Shown here piece by piece: positions 30,530-42,152 of a stretch of DNA of 45,386 nt. Made by a program: the position numbers and the translations under genes. The stretch is from Trichormus sp. ATA11-4-KO1 (GTDB lineage Bacteria > Cyanobacteriota > Cyanobacteriia > Cyanobacteriales > Nostocaceae), in assembly GCA_019358915.1 (NCBI GenBank), contig JAHHIM010000035.1:1-45386 (forward strand), read 5' to 3'. Each line of letters starts with the position of its first letter. Position 1 is the stretch's first letter. Under the pieces are notes generated by a model. The model was given only the letters and a program-made list of their open reading frames with translations, was not told the origin of the DNA and did not search any database.

Positions 30530-31199
30530 TCCTGAAAGAATATTGCCATAATCGACGTTTTGTGATTATGATTCAACAAATTTGGGCAATATTCAAACTT
30601 TAACACCAGAAAATCAGTTATCACATCCTTAAAGAGACGTAAGTATTTTCCCAAATACTGAATATTCGGTATTAAATACCCAGTAGAAATGAGAGTAGAA
30701 CTAGCGATCGCCACATGTGGGGAATCTGTGCAATCGCACTTGGGGAACAAGATGGGAAGACACAGGCGATATCTCTTAACTCGCCGCTTTGCGTCTGCGT
30801 GCTTCCCCAATCTTGGCTCCTGTAAGATGTAGGTATAAAATCCTGTATGGATATTACCTAAGGAATTCCTTACCACCTAATCTTGCTATTACTGAGATAC
30901 ATCTACTCCGTCTTAGGTCACGTTGATGAAGGGGTGTCATCCTCACCCTCAAAGGCGGGGATAAACTTCAAACTACCAAAGCTCAACCCGAGTTTGATGA
31001 GAATGCTGGAGATAGCTTTTCATTAGAAGAATTGAGCGATCGCGGTTAGTCAATTGGAATTTAAGCTTTTACAAAAAATGTTTGTAGGCAAAAATTACGC
31101 CCTTGCGAGTGAGGTGAGGAAGAACAATCGCCCTACCTGTAATCGGATGGATTGGAGAGATTCGCTAAAATAAATAACACATTCATGAGGCGCGAAGCT

Positions 31200-31442
31200 A
31201 TGAGCATTCAAGAATTAGAACAACAACTCCTCAACCTCGATTTAGCACAAAGGATTCGCATCCTCCAGCTTTTGGCTCAAAGCCTGACAGCACCCTCAGC
31301 ATCACAGCCATCCCGATCCTCTGACGAACTTGATTTAAACCGTGACCGCAGTCCTCAGCATCCCCTACGCAGAATCCCCATTACAATTCCTCCAGATTTT
31401 GACGAACCCATGCCTGAATTATGGGATGCAATGGATCAATGA
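31200..31442 (+). CDS. Putative antitoxin (VapB/DUF2281-like)
   Basis: 80 aa; GAGG RBS; C-terminal IPPDFDEPMPELW; ATGA overlap with PIN gene. Confidence 0.75.
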   Translation: MSIQELEQQLLNLDLAQRIRILQLLAQSLTAPSASQPSRSSDELDLNRDRSPQHPLRRIPITIPPDFDEPMPELWDAMDQ

Positions 31443-31834
31443 TTTTACTGGACACTCATACTTGGCTTTGGTGGCTCCATACTCCAGAACAGCTTTCCGA
31501 TCGTGGACGTACCCTGTTAACCATAGGCGAAAACCAAAACGTGCTCATAGTTTCTGCTATTTCTGCTTGGGAAATTGCACTCAAGCATAGTGTGGGAAAA
31601 CTACCACTTCCCCTGGCCGTAAATGAATGGTTTGCACTGGCTAAAACTCGACCTGGAATCACCATAGAACCACTCGATCCACTAGATGCAATCGCCAGCA
31701 CACAATTACCCGGCGACTTCCACAAAGATCCAGCCGATCGTATGATTGTTGCGATCGCCTACCGCCGCAATATAGAACTCATGACCTGCGATCAAAAAAT
31801 TCTCAACTATCCACATATCAAAACACTTTGGTAA
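31439..31834 (+). CDS. vapC: PIN-domain toxin VapC
   Basis: ILLDTHTWLWW, SAISAWEIALK, HKDPADRMIVA and LMTCD motifs. Confidence 0.9.
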   Translation: MILLDTHTWLWWLHTPEQLSDRGRTLLTIGENQNVLIVSAISAWEIALKHSVGKLPLPLAVNEWFALAKTRPGITIEPLDPLDAIASTQLPGDFHKDPADRMIVAIAYRRNIELMTCDQKILNYPHIKTLW

Positions 31835-32129
31835 GTGTGGAGAATCTCGTTAACTCCATCATCACAAGTGCGTAGAGAGCTACGCTTCTTGTCGCCAGAC
31901 ATCGCTTACTTGATACAGTTGCTCAGAGTGCGAGCGCCCAAATCACCCACTTACCAAGAGATTGGAGTACAAGTATTCAACCGCAGAGTTTTGATATTAT
32001 ACAACATAAATTTATGTTGCAATTAAGACATTTGAAGCGGTAGCGCAAATTGGAAAATTTGGCAATCTTTTATCCTCAATCTAGTTAGCGTATAGTCATA
32101 ATCTGTTAGCAAGCAACAAGAATTGATCT

Positions 32130-33356
32130 ATGGTTCGAGAGTTAGAACGAAAACGTCAGAGTGCAGAGTTTCCAGAAACTGCCCCAGCTGCTAATCCGGT
32201 ATTTTTCAGAACCTATAGCCGTCGGACAAAGGCAGGACTGAGAGAAACATGGGATGAGGTGTGCGATCGCACGCTCCAAGGCATTATTGATCTGGGGAAG
32301 CTTAACCCAGCAGAAATTGCCATTCTCGAGCAAATGCAACGTAACCTCAAAGCCTTACCCAGTGGGCGCTGGTTGTGGGTTGGTGGTACAGACTGGATCG
32401 CTAAACCCAAAAACTTTTCGGGGGCTTACAATTGCACCTCCACCAACCTCCAGGATTGGAGTGCGTTTGGATTGATGATGGATTTGGCAATGATGGGCTG
32501 TGGCACTGGAGCCGTCATTGAACCACAATATATTAATCAGTTGCCTATCATCCGCAATTACCTAAATGTAAATGTACAGGGTGAGCTTGGTAGTACTCCT
32601 CAACAACAGCGTCGTGAATATACTGAAACCCATATAGAAGGTAACAGCGTCACTATCCATGTAGGAGATAGTCGTGAAGGTTGGGTTGAATCATATAAAA
32701 CCTTGTTAGAACTTTCCACAAATGAAAGATTTACTGCACAAGTAGAAGTAGTAGTTGATATCGGTGATGTCCGGAAAGCCGGAGAAACTTTAAGTGGCTT
32801 TGGCGGAGTTGCCAATCCTGTGAAGTTACCCACACTTTACCAAAATTGCGCATCCATCCTCAATAAAGCTGTAGGAAGACAATTAAATTCTGTAGAATGC
32901 TGTTTATTAATTGATCAAGCTGCCGTAACAATTGTTGCAGGCAATATCCGAAGAAGTGCGGGAATGCGTCAATTCACTGCTGACGATCAATTAGCAGCCA
33001 CAGCTAAAGATAACCTATGGCAGCAGGATGAAAATGGCAACTGGCGCATTGACCCAGAGCGTGATGCTTTACGGATGGCAAATCATACTAGAGTATTTCA
33101 CCGCAAGCCCACATTAGAAGAATCTATTGCAGCCGTTCGTAAACAATATTACAGTGGCGAAGGTGCGATTCAATGGGCTGGTGAAGCTGTAGCCAGAGCC
33201 AATTGTGATTTGCTACCAACACAAGCCTTGAAAGTTGATTTCTTGAAATTCTACGCACAAGGAACAGCCAAGCAATGGTTACAAGAACGCCATCCTGATC
33301 TGAATGCTAATGAGCTAGAACATCGTTTGGCTCGCTACGGTTTAAATCCGTGTGGT
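32130..33356 (+). CDS. nrdJ: Class II (AdoCbl-dependent) ribonucleotide reductase, exon 1
   Basis: RTYSR, PSGRWLW, AYNCT, MMGCGTG and GNIRRSA motifs; ends at GLNPCG. Confidence 0.93.
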
Positions 33357-33656
33357 AAGTAATTTTGCCTCACGTTAAACACCGGAGAAAATCGGTGAAC
33401 CCTGCGATGGGAATACCGAGGTAATCAGAGGAATTCAAGCACCTTTGACACCGTACAGACTAGAGAGTGAACCTTTTTAAATTTTGTTGATAATTTAAAA
33501 AGAATATAATCTGGGTTTTACCTCCGTTGTGAACAACGGCTCCACGAGTCTCCGGCTACTAATGCTTTTTTCGTTAGTAGAAAATATAGTCGGATCTATG
33601 AGGAATCAAGAACTCATAGAACTAGAGGATAAAAAGCCTCTAGGGTAACAAAAATG
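33357..33656 (+). ncRNA. Group I intron (300 nt, no homing endonuclease ORF)
   Basis: Exon ends in U, intron ends in G; P1 GGU|AA with UUGCC; P3 CCGGAGA (33382-88)/TCTCCGG (33549-55); P7 GACTA/TAGTC; P8 CTACTAA/TTAGTAG; P9 hairpins; removal restores NPCG-EIIG in frame. Confidence 0.92.
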
Positions 33657-34730
33657 GAAATTATTGGTAGCAACTTCCACTGCAATTTGTCTGAGATTCA
33701 CCTCAATCAAATTGACCCACATAACTATCAAGAACAAGAGGAAGCTTTTACAGCTGGGGCGCTATCTGTAGCAGCGCTTTTGCATCACAAATTTTTAGAA
33801 ACTCGCTACCAAGAAAGCCGAGAACTAGACCCAATTGTTGGGGTTTCCTTCACAGGGTTATTTGATTTCTTTGTCCATGCTTTTGGTATTGACTGGCTGC
33901 GTTGGTGGGAGGAAGGAAGACCCGCAACACCCCAAGGATTGGCCTTTAAGCATCAGGAACAAAAATACTTAAGTTTCTGGAAAGATACAGTGCATCGAGT
34001 TGTGTGGGAATATTGCGATCGCCATAATCTCAAACGTCCCAATCGCTGTACTACAGTCCAACCCAGTGGCACTAAATCTTTATTAACTGGTGCTAGTCCC
34101 GGCTGGCATCCCCCCAAAGCACAAAGATTTATTCGTCGGATCACCTTCGGTAAAAATGACCCAGTAGCCTTAGCTTGTATTGATTACGGTTACAATGTCA
34201 TCCCGTCCCAATCTGACAAAGATGAACAGGGTAATTTGTTAAATGATCCCTTTGATCCCCGCGTCAGTGAATGGCTAGTGGAAATCCCTGTTGCTGTACC
34301 TTGGGCTGATTTACCAGGAGCCGATGAAATAGATGTTTCTCAGTTTTCTGTGTTGGCTCAATTCGATTTCGTTCTGCAAGTTCAGCGCTGGTATGTAACT
34401 CATAATACATCTGCTACTTTGGAGTTACGGTCTGAAGAAATTGAGCCTTTAGGACAAAAGATTTACGAAACTATCCAGAATGATGAAGGATATATCTCAG
34501 CAGCGCTTTTAGCTCGTTTTGATGATCTGCAATCATTCCCCCGTTTACCCTTTGAGCCAATAGACAAAGCAACTTATGAGCGCTTGAGTCAAGAAGTAAA
34601 AGCACGACGCAAAACAGATGATTTCTGTGCAGTCCTCAGCCGCTACGATTCAGGTGAGTTAACAGAGGCTGGGCCGAGTGGCTGTGACTCTGATAAGTGT
34701 ATGTTTCCAGATCAGCAACCAAGTAATTAG
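33657..34730 (+). CDS. nrdJ: Class II ribonucleotide reductase, exon 2
   Basis: EIIGSNFHCNL, TTVQPSGTKSLL, HNTSAT and C-terminal GCDSDKC; spliced product 766 aa. Confidence 0.93.
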   Translation, partial: EIIGSNFHCNLSEIHLNQIDPHNYQEQEEAFTAGALSVAALLHHKFLETRYQESRELDPIVGVSFTGLFDFFVHAFGIDWLRWWEEGRPATPQGLAFKHQEQKYLSFWKDTVHRVVWEYCDRHNLKRPNRCTTVQPSGTKSLLTGASPGWHPPKAQRFIRRITFGKNDPVALACIDYGYNVIPSQSDKDEQGNLLNDPFDPRVSEWLVEIPVAVPWADLPGADEIDVSQFSVLAQFDFVLQVQRWYVTHNTSATLELRSEEIEPLGQKIYETIQNDEGYISAALLARFDDLQSFPRLPFEPIDKATYERLSQEVKARRKTDDFCAVLSRYDSGELTEAGPSGCDSDKCMFPDQQPSN

Positions 34731-34873
34731 GGAGTAGGAAGATGCGGGGGAGCATTTTTGTTCTTGTCCCTTTGTCCCCCCATCCCCTTGTCCCCTTATC
34801 CCATGACCTGCCTTTCCAGGTTACGATCAATTAAGAACTGATAATTTTTTATGACAACACCAGGAGACTTGTA

Positions 34874-35092
34874 ATGTTCATTGATGAATTGTCACCAATA
34901 TTTAAACAGTTGACCAAGCACCCAGTTTCATTTATGGGGGGGTTTTTCTCTGGTGTGCTGCGACTCAACCTTAAGGACGACCCCGTTAAAGGCTGGCTGG
35001 ATCAACAAATCCATTCGACTAGTTATACTACCCCAAATACTGGGGCACACAATGGCAAAGCTACTGGGCCTCAGCAAATTTCGATTGAGTGA
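34874..35092 (+). CDS. Conserved small hypothetical protein
   Basis: 72 aa; AGGAG RBS; FMGGFFSGVLRLNL.DDPV..WL and GPQQISIE motifs. Confidence 0.8.
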   Translation: MFIDELSPIFKQLTKHPVSFMGGFFSGVLRLNLKDDPVKGWLDQQIHSTSYTTPNTGAHNGKATGPQQISIE

Positions 35093-35443
35093 AATTTTGG
35101 TTAATTGCCAAATCGACCACCCCAAACTAGACGGGTGAGTGTAGCGAGTAGAGAGTGGGGAGTAAAAAACAGGTTTGTCTTTTTCTCAGTTTTTTTAATA
35201 TCTGGAAATTTTCTCTTGGTACTTTGCTTCACCTGCGACTCTACTTCCCACAATCAGAGATGCAGGTGAGGTTTAATCATCAGCACAATGAGAGTTTTTA
35301 TATCTGGAATACATAACAGGTTTAAACCCATTGTCCGTTACTAAAAAACCTTACTTAGCAAATTAAAAAGTTACTAATTTTAACACGAAAATTTGTATAG
35401 CAGAAAACATATAAGGACGGCTGATTTTATGTTATTGGAGTTT

Positions 35444-35485
35444 GTAAAATCTCATACTTTGAAAAATGTCACAATCAGTTATTAT
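35444..35485 (+). promoter_or_regulatory. Putative NtcA-activated promoter
   Basis: GTA-N8-TAC (35444-35457), 22-nt spacer, TATTAT -10 (35480-35485). Confidence 0.55.
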
Positions 35486-35671
35486 ATGAGCGTACGCGTG
35501 AGTTCAGCCACATGGCCCATTTAGTTGAAGACGATGCCAGCATCCTCAAATTGCTGTCCTACAACATTCGCCATCGGTGAATCAGAAGAGACCATGCAAT
35601 ATTTGCAGTTTGTTTAAATCTGTTTCCCATGCTGAACTAATCGCTCTTTGTTGAAAATTACGTGATCCCAC

Positions 35672-35956
35672 ATGACTATTTACGTTGGAAACCTCTCCTA
35701 CCGCGCTACTGAAGAAGACTTAAAAGCCGTATTTGCCGACTATGGCGAAGTCAAAAGAGTAGTTTTACCTACTGACCGCGAAACAGGCAGAATGCGTGGC
35801 TTTGCGTTTGTTGAAATGAATGAAGATGCCCAAGAAGATGCTGCTATCACTGAATTAGATGGCGCAGAATGGATGGGTCGTCAACTTAGAGTCAATAAAG
35901 CCAAACCACGAGAGGATAACCGACGAGGTAGTTGGGCAAAAAATCAAGACTTTTAA
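35672..35956 (+). CDS. RRM RNA-binding protein (Rbp family, no Gly-rich tail)
   Basis: RNP2 IYVGNL and RNP1 RGFAFVEM. Confidence 0.95.
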   Translation: MTIYVGNLSYRATEEDLKAVFADYGEVKRVVLPTDRETGRMRGFAFVEMNEDAQEDAAITELDGAEWMGRQLRVNKAKPREDNRRGSWAKNQDF

Positions 35957-36376
35957 TCAGTACGAAAGATCACCATAGCTACATTGTTCTCTAGTTACGC
36001 ACTATATTTAAGTTGCTAGAAACTACTAGAAACAATACTTAATCCTATAAAATTACCACCGACCAGTCGTGACCGTTGCCTGCTAATCACGGCTGGTTGT
36101 CTTTGGCTATTGAGTCAAAATACTTGTAGTAGTTCAGGCTGGGTTGTGTGAACTAACGCCTAGTGGCCGGAGTGCGATCGCCAGTCAACTTAAAGCAAAC
36201 TACTCTGTGCTCATCTACGCCTTGGGCACGAAAGCCACAAAAAATTCATTTCTTTAGTTTATCTAAAATCACATCTAAGTTATCAAATTACCTTTCTAAG
36301 ATAGAGGTAGCAACCATAAAGTTGCCCACAAATTAATCAGCCCAACTAACAGCCAGTCGCTAGGAAGAAGGTCAAA

Positions 36377-37426
36377 ATGACTCAAGCGCCAGAATCTTTG
36401 GATTTATCGATCAACGATTTCACAGACAAAGCTCTAGATCGTGATTGTACAACCTTATCCCGTCACGTTCTACAGCAACTTCACAGTTTTTCTCCAGATG
36501 CACAAGATTTGAGTGCGCTAATGAATCGCATTGCCTTAGCAGGCAAACTAGTTGCTCGTCGCCTCAGCCGCGCTGGTTTAATGGAAGGCGTTCTGGGATT
36601 TACAGGCGATGTCAATGTGCAAGGGGAATCCGTCAAAAAAATGGATGTCTATGCCAATGACGTATTTATCTCAGTATTTAAGCAAAGTGGCTTAGTCTGT
36701 CGCCTAGCTTCCGAAGAAATGGAAGAACCTTACTACATACCCGAAAACTGCCCCATTGGTCGCTATACCCTGTTGTATGACCCCATTGATGGCTCATCAA
36801 ATACAGATACTAATCTCAGTTTGGGTTCCATTTTTGCCATTCGCCAACAGGAAGGCAATGATAGCGATGGTAAGGCAACTGACCTCCTCACCAACGGACG
36901 CAAGCAAATCGCCGCAGGCTACATACTTTATGGACCCAGCACAATGCTGGTTTATACTATAGGCAGTGGCGTTCATTCTTTTACCCTTGATCCTAGCTTG
37001 GGAGAGTTTATTCTCACCGAAGAAAATATCCAAATTCCCGATCATGGCTCTGTTTACAGCGTTAACGAGGGAAACTTTTGGCAGTGGGAAGAATCAATGC
37101 GAGAATACATTCGTTACGTCCATCGCACTGAAGGCTATACCGCTCGATATAGTGGGGCGATGGTTAGTGACATCCATCGAATTTTGGTTCAAGGTGGCGT
37201 GTTTCTTTACCCAGGTACAATTCAAAAACCAGAAGGGAAATTACGCCTGCTTTATGAATCTGCTCCCCTAGCTATGTTGATTGAGCAAGCAGGTGGTCGT
37301 GCTACCACAGGACTGGTAGATATCTTGGATGTAGTTCCCAAAAAACTGCATCAACGCACACCTTTAATTATTGGTAGCAAAAAGGATGTAGCAAAAGTGG
37401 AGTCTTTTATTCAAAATGGACACTAA
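36377..37426 (+). CDS. fbp: Fructose-1,6-bisphosphatase class 1
   Basis: [18 protein letters not shown] and GKLRLLYE motifs. Confidence 0.96.
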   Translation: MTQAPESLDLSINDFTDKALDRDCTTLSRHVLQQLHSFSPDAQDLSALMNRIALAGKLVARRLSRAGLMEGVLGFTGDVNVQGESVKKMDVYANDVFISVFKQSGLVCRLASEEMEEPYYIPENCPIGRYTLLYDPIDGSSNTDTNLSLGSIFAIRQQEGNDSDGKATDLLTNGRKQIAAGYILYGPSTMLVYTIGSGVHSFTLDPSLGEFILTEENIQIPDHGSVYSVNEGNFWQWEESMREYIRYVHRTEGYTARYSGAMVSDIHRILVQGGVFLYPGTIQKPEGKLRLLYESAPLAMLIEQAGGRATTGLVDILDVVPKKLHQRTPLIIGSKKDVAKVESFIQNGH

Positions 37427-37698
37427 ATACAACCAGCGTCAGCTAGTCATGAAAAGTTAATTATTGGCTATTTGGGATTGGAGATGCACAATAGCGCTTG
37501 TTGGATGTGAATTAAAGATTACCTCAGCTGGCCGATGTGATAAGTGATTGGCAACGCCACAATTCAAAAGTAACCATCAACAATCAGTGAATAGTCAACA
37601 GTTATCAATCAGGATAACTAACAACTAAATAACTGTTAGATGAGTTTTGCTAACTTCACTTAGAAACATCATTAACAGGAGTGGAAGAAACTACAGCT

Positions 37699-38844
37699 AT
37701 GGCAACCAATCATTTACTAGAAATTAAACAACATGGTCAAAGTATCTGGATGGATAATTTGACCCGTGACATGATTCAATCAGGTGAACTGAAAAACCTG
37801 GTGGAAAATCAAGGAATATCTGGAATTACCTCCAATCCAGCCATTTTTGAGCAAGCAATCGCCGATAATGCGATGTATGATGCCGATATCAAAGCTGGCA
37901 TTCGCGCTGGATTACCCACATACAAAATTTACGAATCCCTAGTTTTTGCAGATATCCGCAATGCCTGTGATATCCTGCACCCTGTATATGAAGCCTCGAA
38001 TAGGCAAGATGGTTATGTGAGCATCGAAGTCCCACCAACCATTGCCCATGACACTCAAGCAACAATAGCCGAAGCCCGTCGCTATTTCCAAGAAATTGGG
38101 CGGGAAAATGTGATGATTAAAATTCCTGGCACAGAAGCGGGTTTACCAGCAGTGGAACAGGCAATATCTGAAGGGATCAATGTCAATATTACACTGTTGT
38201 TCTCGGTAGACAGCTACATTAACACAGCAGCAGCTTATATTCGGGGCTTAGAAAAACGGGTGACACAAGGTCAAGATATTAGCAACATTGCTTCAGTAGC
38301 GAGCTTCTTTCTGAGCCGGATTGATAGCAACATTGATGCCAAAATCGACGAAAAGTTGCAGCGCGGCATTGATGATATTGCCCATGAAGCAAAATTGCAA
38401 GCTGTCAAAGGCAAAGTCGCGATCGCTAACGCCAAAATTGCATACCAAGAATACAAGAAAATTATTGCTAGCGATAGATGGCAAGCCTTAGCAGCAAAAA
38501 GAGCTAAAGTACAGCGCTTACTTTGGGCCAGCACTAGCACCAAAGACCCCAAATACAGCGACGTGATGTATGTTGACGAATTAATTGGCCCCGATACCGT
38601 TAATACCTTACCACCCGCGACAATTAAAGCCTGTGCTGACCACTGTAATGTCGCTAACCGCCTGGAAACAGGCGTTGAAGCAGCTTACCATCTGATGGAA
38701 AGTCTCAAAGATCCAGACATCAACATTGACCTCAAAGTCGTAATGGACGAACTGCTAGTTGAAGGTATTGACAAGTTCGTCAAGCCTTTCCAGTCCTTGA
38801 TGAACTCTTTAGAAAACAAAGTCAAGTTATTGTCACCAGTGTAA
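37699..38844 (+). CDS. tal: Transaldolase
   Basis: QSIWMD, GITSNPAIF, MIKIP, NITLLFS and RLLWASTSTK motifs. Confidence 0.96.
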   Translation: MATNHLLEIKQHGQSIWMDNLTRDMIQSGELKNLVENQGISGITSNPAIFEQAIADNAMYDADIKAGIRAGLPTYKIYESLVFADIRNACDILHPVYEASNRQDGYVSIEVPPTIAHDTQATIAEARRYFQEIGRENVMIKIPGTEAGLPAVEQAISEGINVNITLLFSVDSYINTAAAYIRGLEKRVTQGQDISNIASVASFFLSRIDSNIDAKIDEKLQRGIDDIAHEAKLQAVKGKVAIANAKIAYQEYKKIIASDRWQALAAKRAKVQRLLWASTSTKDPKYSDVMYVDELIGPDTVNTLPPATIKACADHCNVANRLETGVEAAYHLMESLKDPDINIDLKVVMDELLVEGIDKFVKPFQSLMNSLENKVKLLSPV

Positions 38845-38948
38845 ACCTCCAACATTTACCCTGAGCTTGCCGAAGGGCACAACTCCCTTATAAACGCAAT
38901 GAATTGCATCTACGCCACACACCACTCAACACCCCACTGAAAACTTTT

Positions 38949-40478
38949 ATGGTTAGTCTACTAGAAAATCCCTTGCGCGTTGGTCTGCAACAGCAAGGGA
39001 TGCCTGAACCCCAAATTATCGTTATCTTTGGCGCTTCTGGTGACCTTACCTGGCGCAAATTGGTACCAGCACTTTACAAATTGCGGCGAGAACGACGCAT
39101 TGCACCAGAGACCACTATTGTTGGCGTAGCACGTCGAGAGTGGAGCCATGACTACTTCCGCGAACAAATGCAGAAGGGTATGGAAGAGGCTCATGCTAAT
39201 GTCGAATTAGGGGAACTCTGGCAAGACTTCGCTCAAGGTCTGTTCTATTGTCCTGGAGACATAGACAAACCTGAAAGCTACCAAAAACTGAAAGAACTTC
39301 TGAGTGAATTAGACGAAAAACGAGGCACACGGGGAAACCGGATGTTTTACCTCTCCGTGGCTCCTAACTTCTTTCCGGAAGCCATCAGACAGCTAGGGGG
39401 AGCAGGGATGCTAGACGATCCCTACAAACATCGTCTGGTAATTGAAAAACCCTTTGGTCGGGACTTGGCATCTGCCCAAAGCCTCAACGTAGTAGTGCAG
39501 AAATATTGCAAAGAAAATCAAGTCTACCGCATTGATCACTACTTAGGTAAAGAAACAGTTCAAAATCTCCTAGTATTTCGCTTCGCTAATGCGATTTTTG
39601 AACCGTTGTGGAATCGGCAATTTGTTGACCACGTACAAATTACTGTGGCAGAAACCGTAGGTGTGGAAGACCGGGCTGGCTACTATGAACAAGCCGGCGC
39701 CCTACGGGATATGTTACAAAACCACTTGATGCAACTTTACTGTCTCACGGCAATGGAAGCACCCAATGCCATGGATGCCGATAGTATTCGGACAGAAAAA
39801 GTTAAAGTACTACAAGCTACTCGGCTAGCTGATGTTGCCAATCTGTCACGTTCAGCAGTTCGTGGTCAGTATAGTGCTGGCTGGATGAAAGGTCAACAAG
39901 TGCCAGGGTATCATGAAGAACCAGGCGTTGATCCCAACTCCACCACACCCACTTATGTAGCCATGAAGTTTCAGGTGGACAACTGGCGTTGGCAGGGTGT
40001 ACCATTCTACCTGCGTACAGGCAAACGCATGCCGAAAAAAGTCAGTGAAATTTCCATTCACTTTCGTGATGTTCCTTCTCGGATGTTTCAATCCGCCGCG
40101 CAACAGAGAAATGCCAACGTTTTGGCTATGCGGATTCAACCCAATGAAGGAATTTCCTTGCGTTTTGATGTGAAAATGCCAGGAGCAGAATTCCGCACCC
40201 GTTCTGTTGATATGGACTTTAGTTATGGATCATTTGGCATCCAAGCAACTTCTGATGCCTACGATCGCCTTTTCCTTGATTGTATGATGGGCGATCAAAC
40301 ATTATTCACCAGAGCAGATGAAGTAGAAGCAGCTTGGCAGGTAGTCACCCCAGCGCTTTCTGTGTGGGATATACCCGCAGATCCAACCACGATTCCCAAA
40401 TACGAAGCCGGTACTTGGGAACCAGCAGAAGCAGAATTATTGATCAATCAAGATGGTCGTCGCTGGCGCAGACTGTAA
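38949..40478 (+). CDS. zwf: Glucose-6-phosphate dehydrogenase
   Basis: GASGDL, EKPFG and RIDHYLGKE; start at MVSLLENPL. Confidence 0.97.
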   Translation: MVSLLENPLRVGLQQQGMPEPQIIVIFGASGDLTWRKLVPALYKLRRERRIAPETTIVGVARREWSHDYFREQMQKGMEEAHANVELGELWQDFAQGLFYCPGDIDKPESYQKLKELLSELDEKRGTRGNRMFYLSVAPNFFPEAIRQLGGAGMLDDPYKHRLVIEKPFGRDLASAQSLNVVVQKYCKENQVYRIDHYLGKETVQNLLVFRFANAIFEPLWNRQFVDHVQITVAETVGVEDRAGYYEQAGALRDMLQNHLMQLYCLTAMEAPNAMDADSIRTEKVKVLQATRLADVANLSRSAVRGQYSAGWMKGQQVPGYHEEPGVDPNSTTPTYVAMKFQVDNWRWQGVPFYLRTGKRMPKKVSEISIHFRDVPSRMFQSAAQQRNANVLAMRIQPNEGISLRFDVKMPGAEFRTRSVDMDFSYGSFGIQATSDAYDRLFLDCMMGDQTLFTRADEVEAAWQVVTPALSVWDIPADPTTIPKYEAGTWEPAEAELLINQDGRRWRRL

Positions 40479-40480
40479 AA

Positions 40481-40536
40481 GAGTGCTTCCTTCCTGAGTG
40501 CTTCCTTCCTGAGTGCTGAGTGCTGAGTGCTGAGTG
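40481..40536. repeat. STRR array (GAGTGCT) with 15-bp duplication
   Basis: GAGTGCTTCCTTCCT x2, then (GAGTGCT)n. Confidence 0.8.
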
Positions 40537-40634
40537 AAGATAGCATCTATGTGCTTTATCAAAAATGGGTGATGTTTTTTCTTCCTGACTTAGCACTCTT
40601 CATTCAAACTTGGAATTAGTTATTAGTAATAATA

Positions 40635-40685
40635 AATGACCAATGACTAATGACCAATAACCAATAACCAATGACTAATGACTAA
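40635..40685. repeat. STRR heptamer array AAT(G/A)AC(C/T)
   Basis: Seven tandem heptamers directly upstream of opcA. Confidence 0.85.
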
Positions 40686-40691
40686 ACTACT

Positions 40692-42053
40692 ATGATTTCC
40701 CAAGCTCCGACAATTTTTTCACTTCAGGCACCTAAGGATATTTCGCTCAACGAAATCGAAACGGAACTGAATCAAATTTGGCAAAGTTACGGCATTACTG
40801 GTGCAGATGGAGGTCTTCCTGCTGCTACTAGAGCAACAACTTTTACTTTGGTGGTTTACGAACCAGAAGAAACTCAGTATTTGTTAGCTGCTTTAGGATT
40901 TTATAACGGCCCGATTGATGGGATTTTAGGCCCACAAATGGGCGCGGCTCTACGGCAAGTACAAGTAAAATATGGACTGCCGGAAACTGGCACAGCTAAC
41001 CCGGAAACACTGGCTGTATTGCGGGAAGAATTCGCCAAACGTCAGGGAACAGGGGCTTCAGGAGAAAGTGTTGCTTATAACTTTAGTCCCACCAGTCCTA
41101 CCATCGCCGATGAAATTGCCCTCCGCAATCCCTGCCGGATTATTGCTCTATTTCCCATTGCTGGCGAAGATGAAGGTGTGAAAGCTCAAGTTTCTGCTTA
41201 TTGCCCCATCCAAAAGCAATCTTCCAGTACACTCATTTGCTGCGAATATATTACCCTAAGTGGCACCGCCGCCGCCTTAGAACGGGTGGGAGGAATGATT
41301 CCGGCATTGTTAATTGGTGGTTTACCCAAGTTTCTGTGGTGGAAGGCGACACCAGATCCTAACAACCATCTATTTAAGCGACTAGCAGCTGTCTGCAACA
41401 ATGTAATTGTTGATTCGTGCAACTTTAACGAGCCAGAAAGCGATTTACTTAGCCTCCAAGAATTGGTAGAAACTGGTATTCCCTTGGCTGACTTGAACTG
41501 GCGACGTTTAGCAGCCTGGCAAGAATTGACAGCCCAAGCGTACGACTCACCCCATCGCCGTGCAGCCCTCAAAGAAATTGACCGCGTGACGATTGACTAT
41601 GAAAAAGGCAACCCTACCCAAGCATTGCTGTTTTTGGGTTGGTTAGCGAGTCGCTTGCAATGGTTACCAGTTTCCTATAAACGGGAAAATGGAGATTATG
41701 AAATTACGCAAATTCGCTTTGTAGCCCAAGACCAGCGACAAGTAGAAGCCGAGTTAGCCGGAGTACCTGTAGCTGATGTGGGTGAAGTGGTCGGTGACTT
41801 GATTGCCCTACGCCTTAGCTCCACTAATCCCCAGGCAGATTGTGGTACAGTTATCTGTACGGAAACTGGCGGTTGTATGCGAATGGAAACCCACGGTGGT
41901 GCTCAATCTGCTGGTTTATTTCAACAGGTGAGTTCACTTTCTGAACAAAAAGCTGAAGCTTTGCTAAGTCAGCAAGTACAACGCTGGGGACGAGAATCCC
42001 TGTTTGAAGAAAGTCTGGCAGTTATTGGGCAAATTTTGCAGTTAGAAGCGTAA
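40692..42053 (+). CDS. opcA: G6PDH assembly protein OpcA
   Basis: Follows zwf; PG-binding-like YNGPIDGILG, VSAYCP, LICCEYI and DLNWRRL..W motifs. Confidence 0.95.
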   Translation: MISQAPTIFSLQAPKDISLNEIETELNQIWQSYGITGADGGLPAATRATTFTLVVYEPEETQYLLAALGFYNGPIDGILGPQMGAALRQVQVKYGLPETGTANPETLAVLREEFAKRQGTGASGESVAYNFSPTSPTIADEIALRNPCRIIALFPIAGEDEGVKAQVSAYCPIQKQSSSTLICCEYITLSGTAAALERVGGMIPALLIGGLPKFLWWKATPDPNNHLFKRLAAVCNNVIVDSCNFNEPESDLLSLQELVETGIPLADLNWRRLAAWQELTAQAYDSPHRRAALKEIDRVTIDYEKGNPTQALLFLGWLASRLQWLPVSYKRENGDYEITQIRFVAQDQRQVEAELAGVPVADVGEVVGDLIALRLSSTNPQADCGTVICTETGGCMRMETHGGAQSAGLFQQVSSLSEQKAEALLSQQVQRWGRESLFEESLAVIGQILQLEA

Positions 42054-42152
42054 AGTCATTTTTAAAATTGAGTCTTCTTTGTGTCTTTGTGGTGAAAAAA
42101 TGAATTGTATGAACCACAAAGACACCAAGACACCAAATAAAAGCACAAGCTT

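Noticed and set aside
30925..31050. Possible gene fragment upstream of vapBC
   Set aside because: Short open frames on both strands, but none with a recognisable family or convincing start.
32130..34730. nrdJ as a pseudogene, natural split gene or intein-containing gene
   Set aside because: The spacer has an immediate in-frame stop (so not an intein) and complete group I pairings, and exact removal restores the frame and motif.
40481..40685. CRISPR array
   Set aside because: These are contiguous heptamer repeats with no unique spacers and no cas genes; no CRISPR array was seen anywhere in the window.
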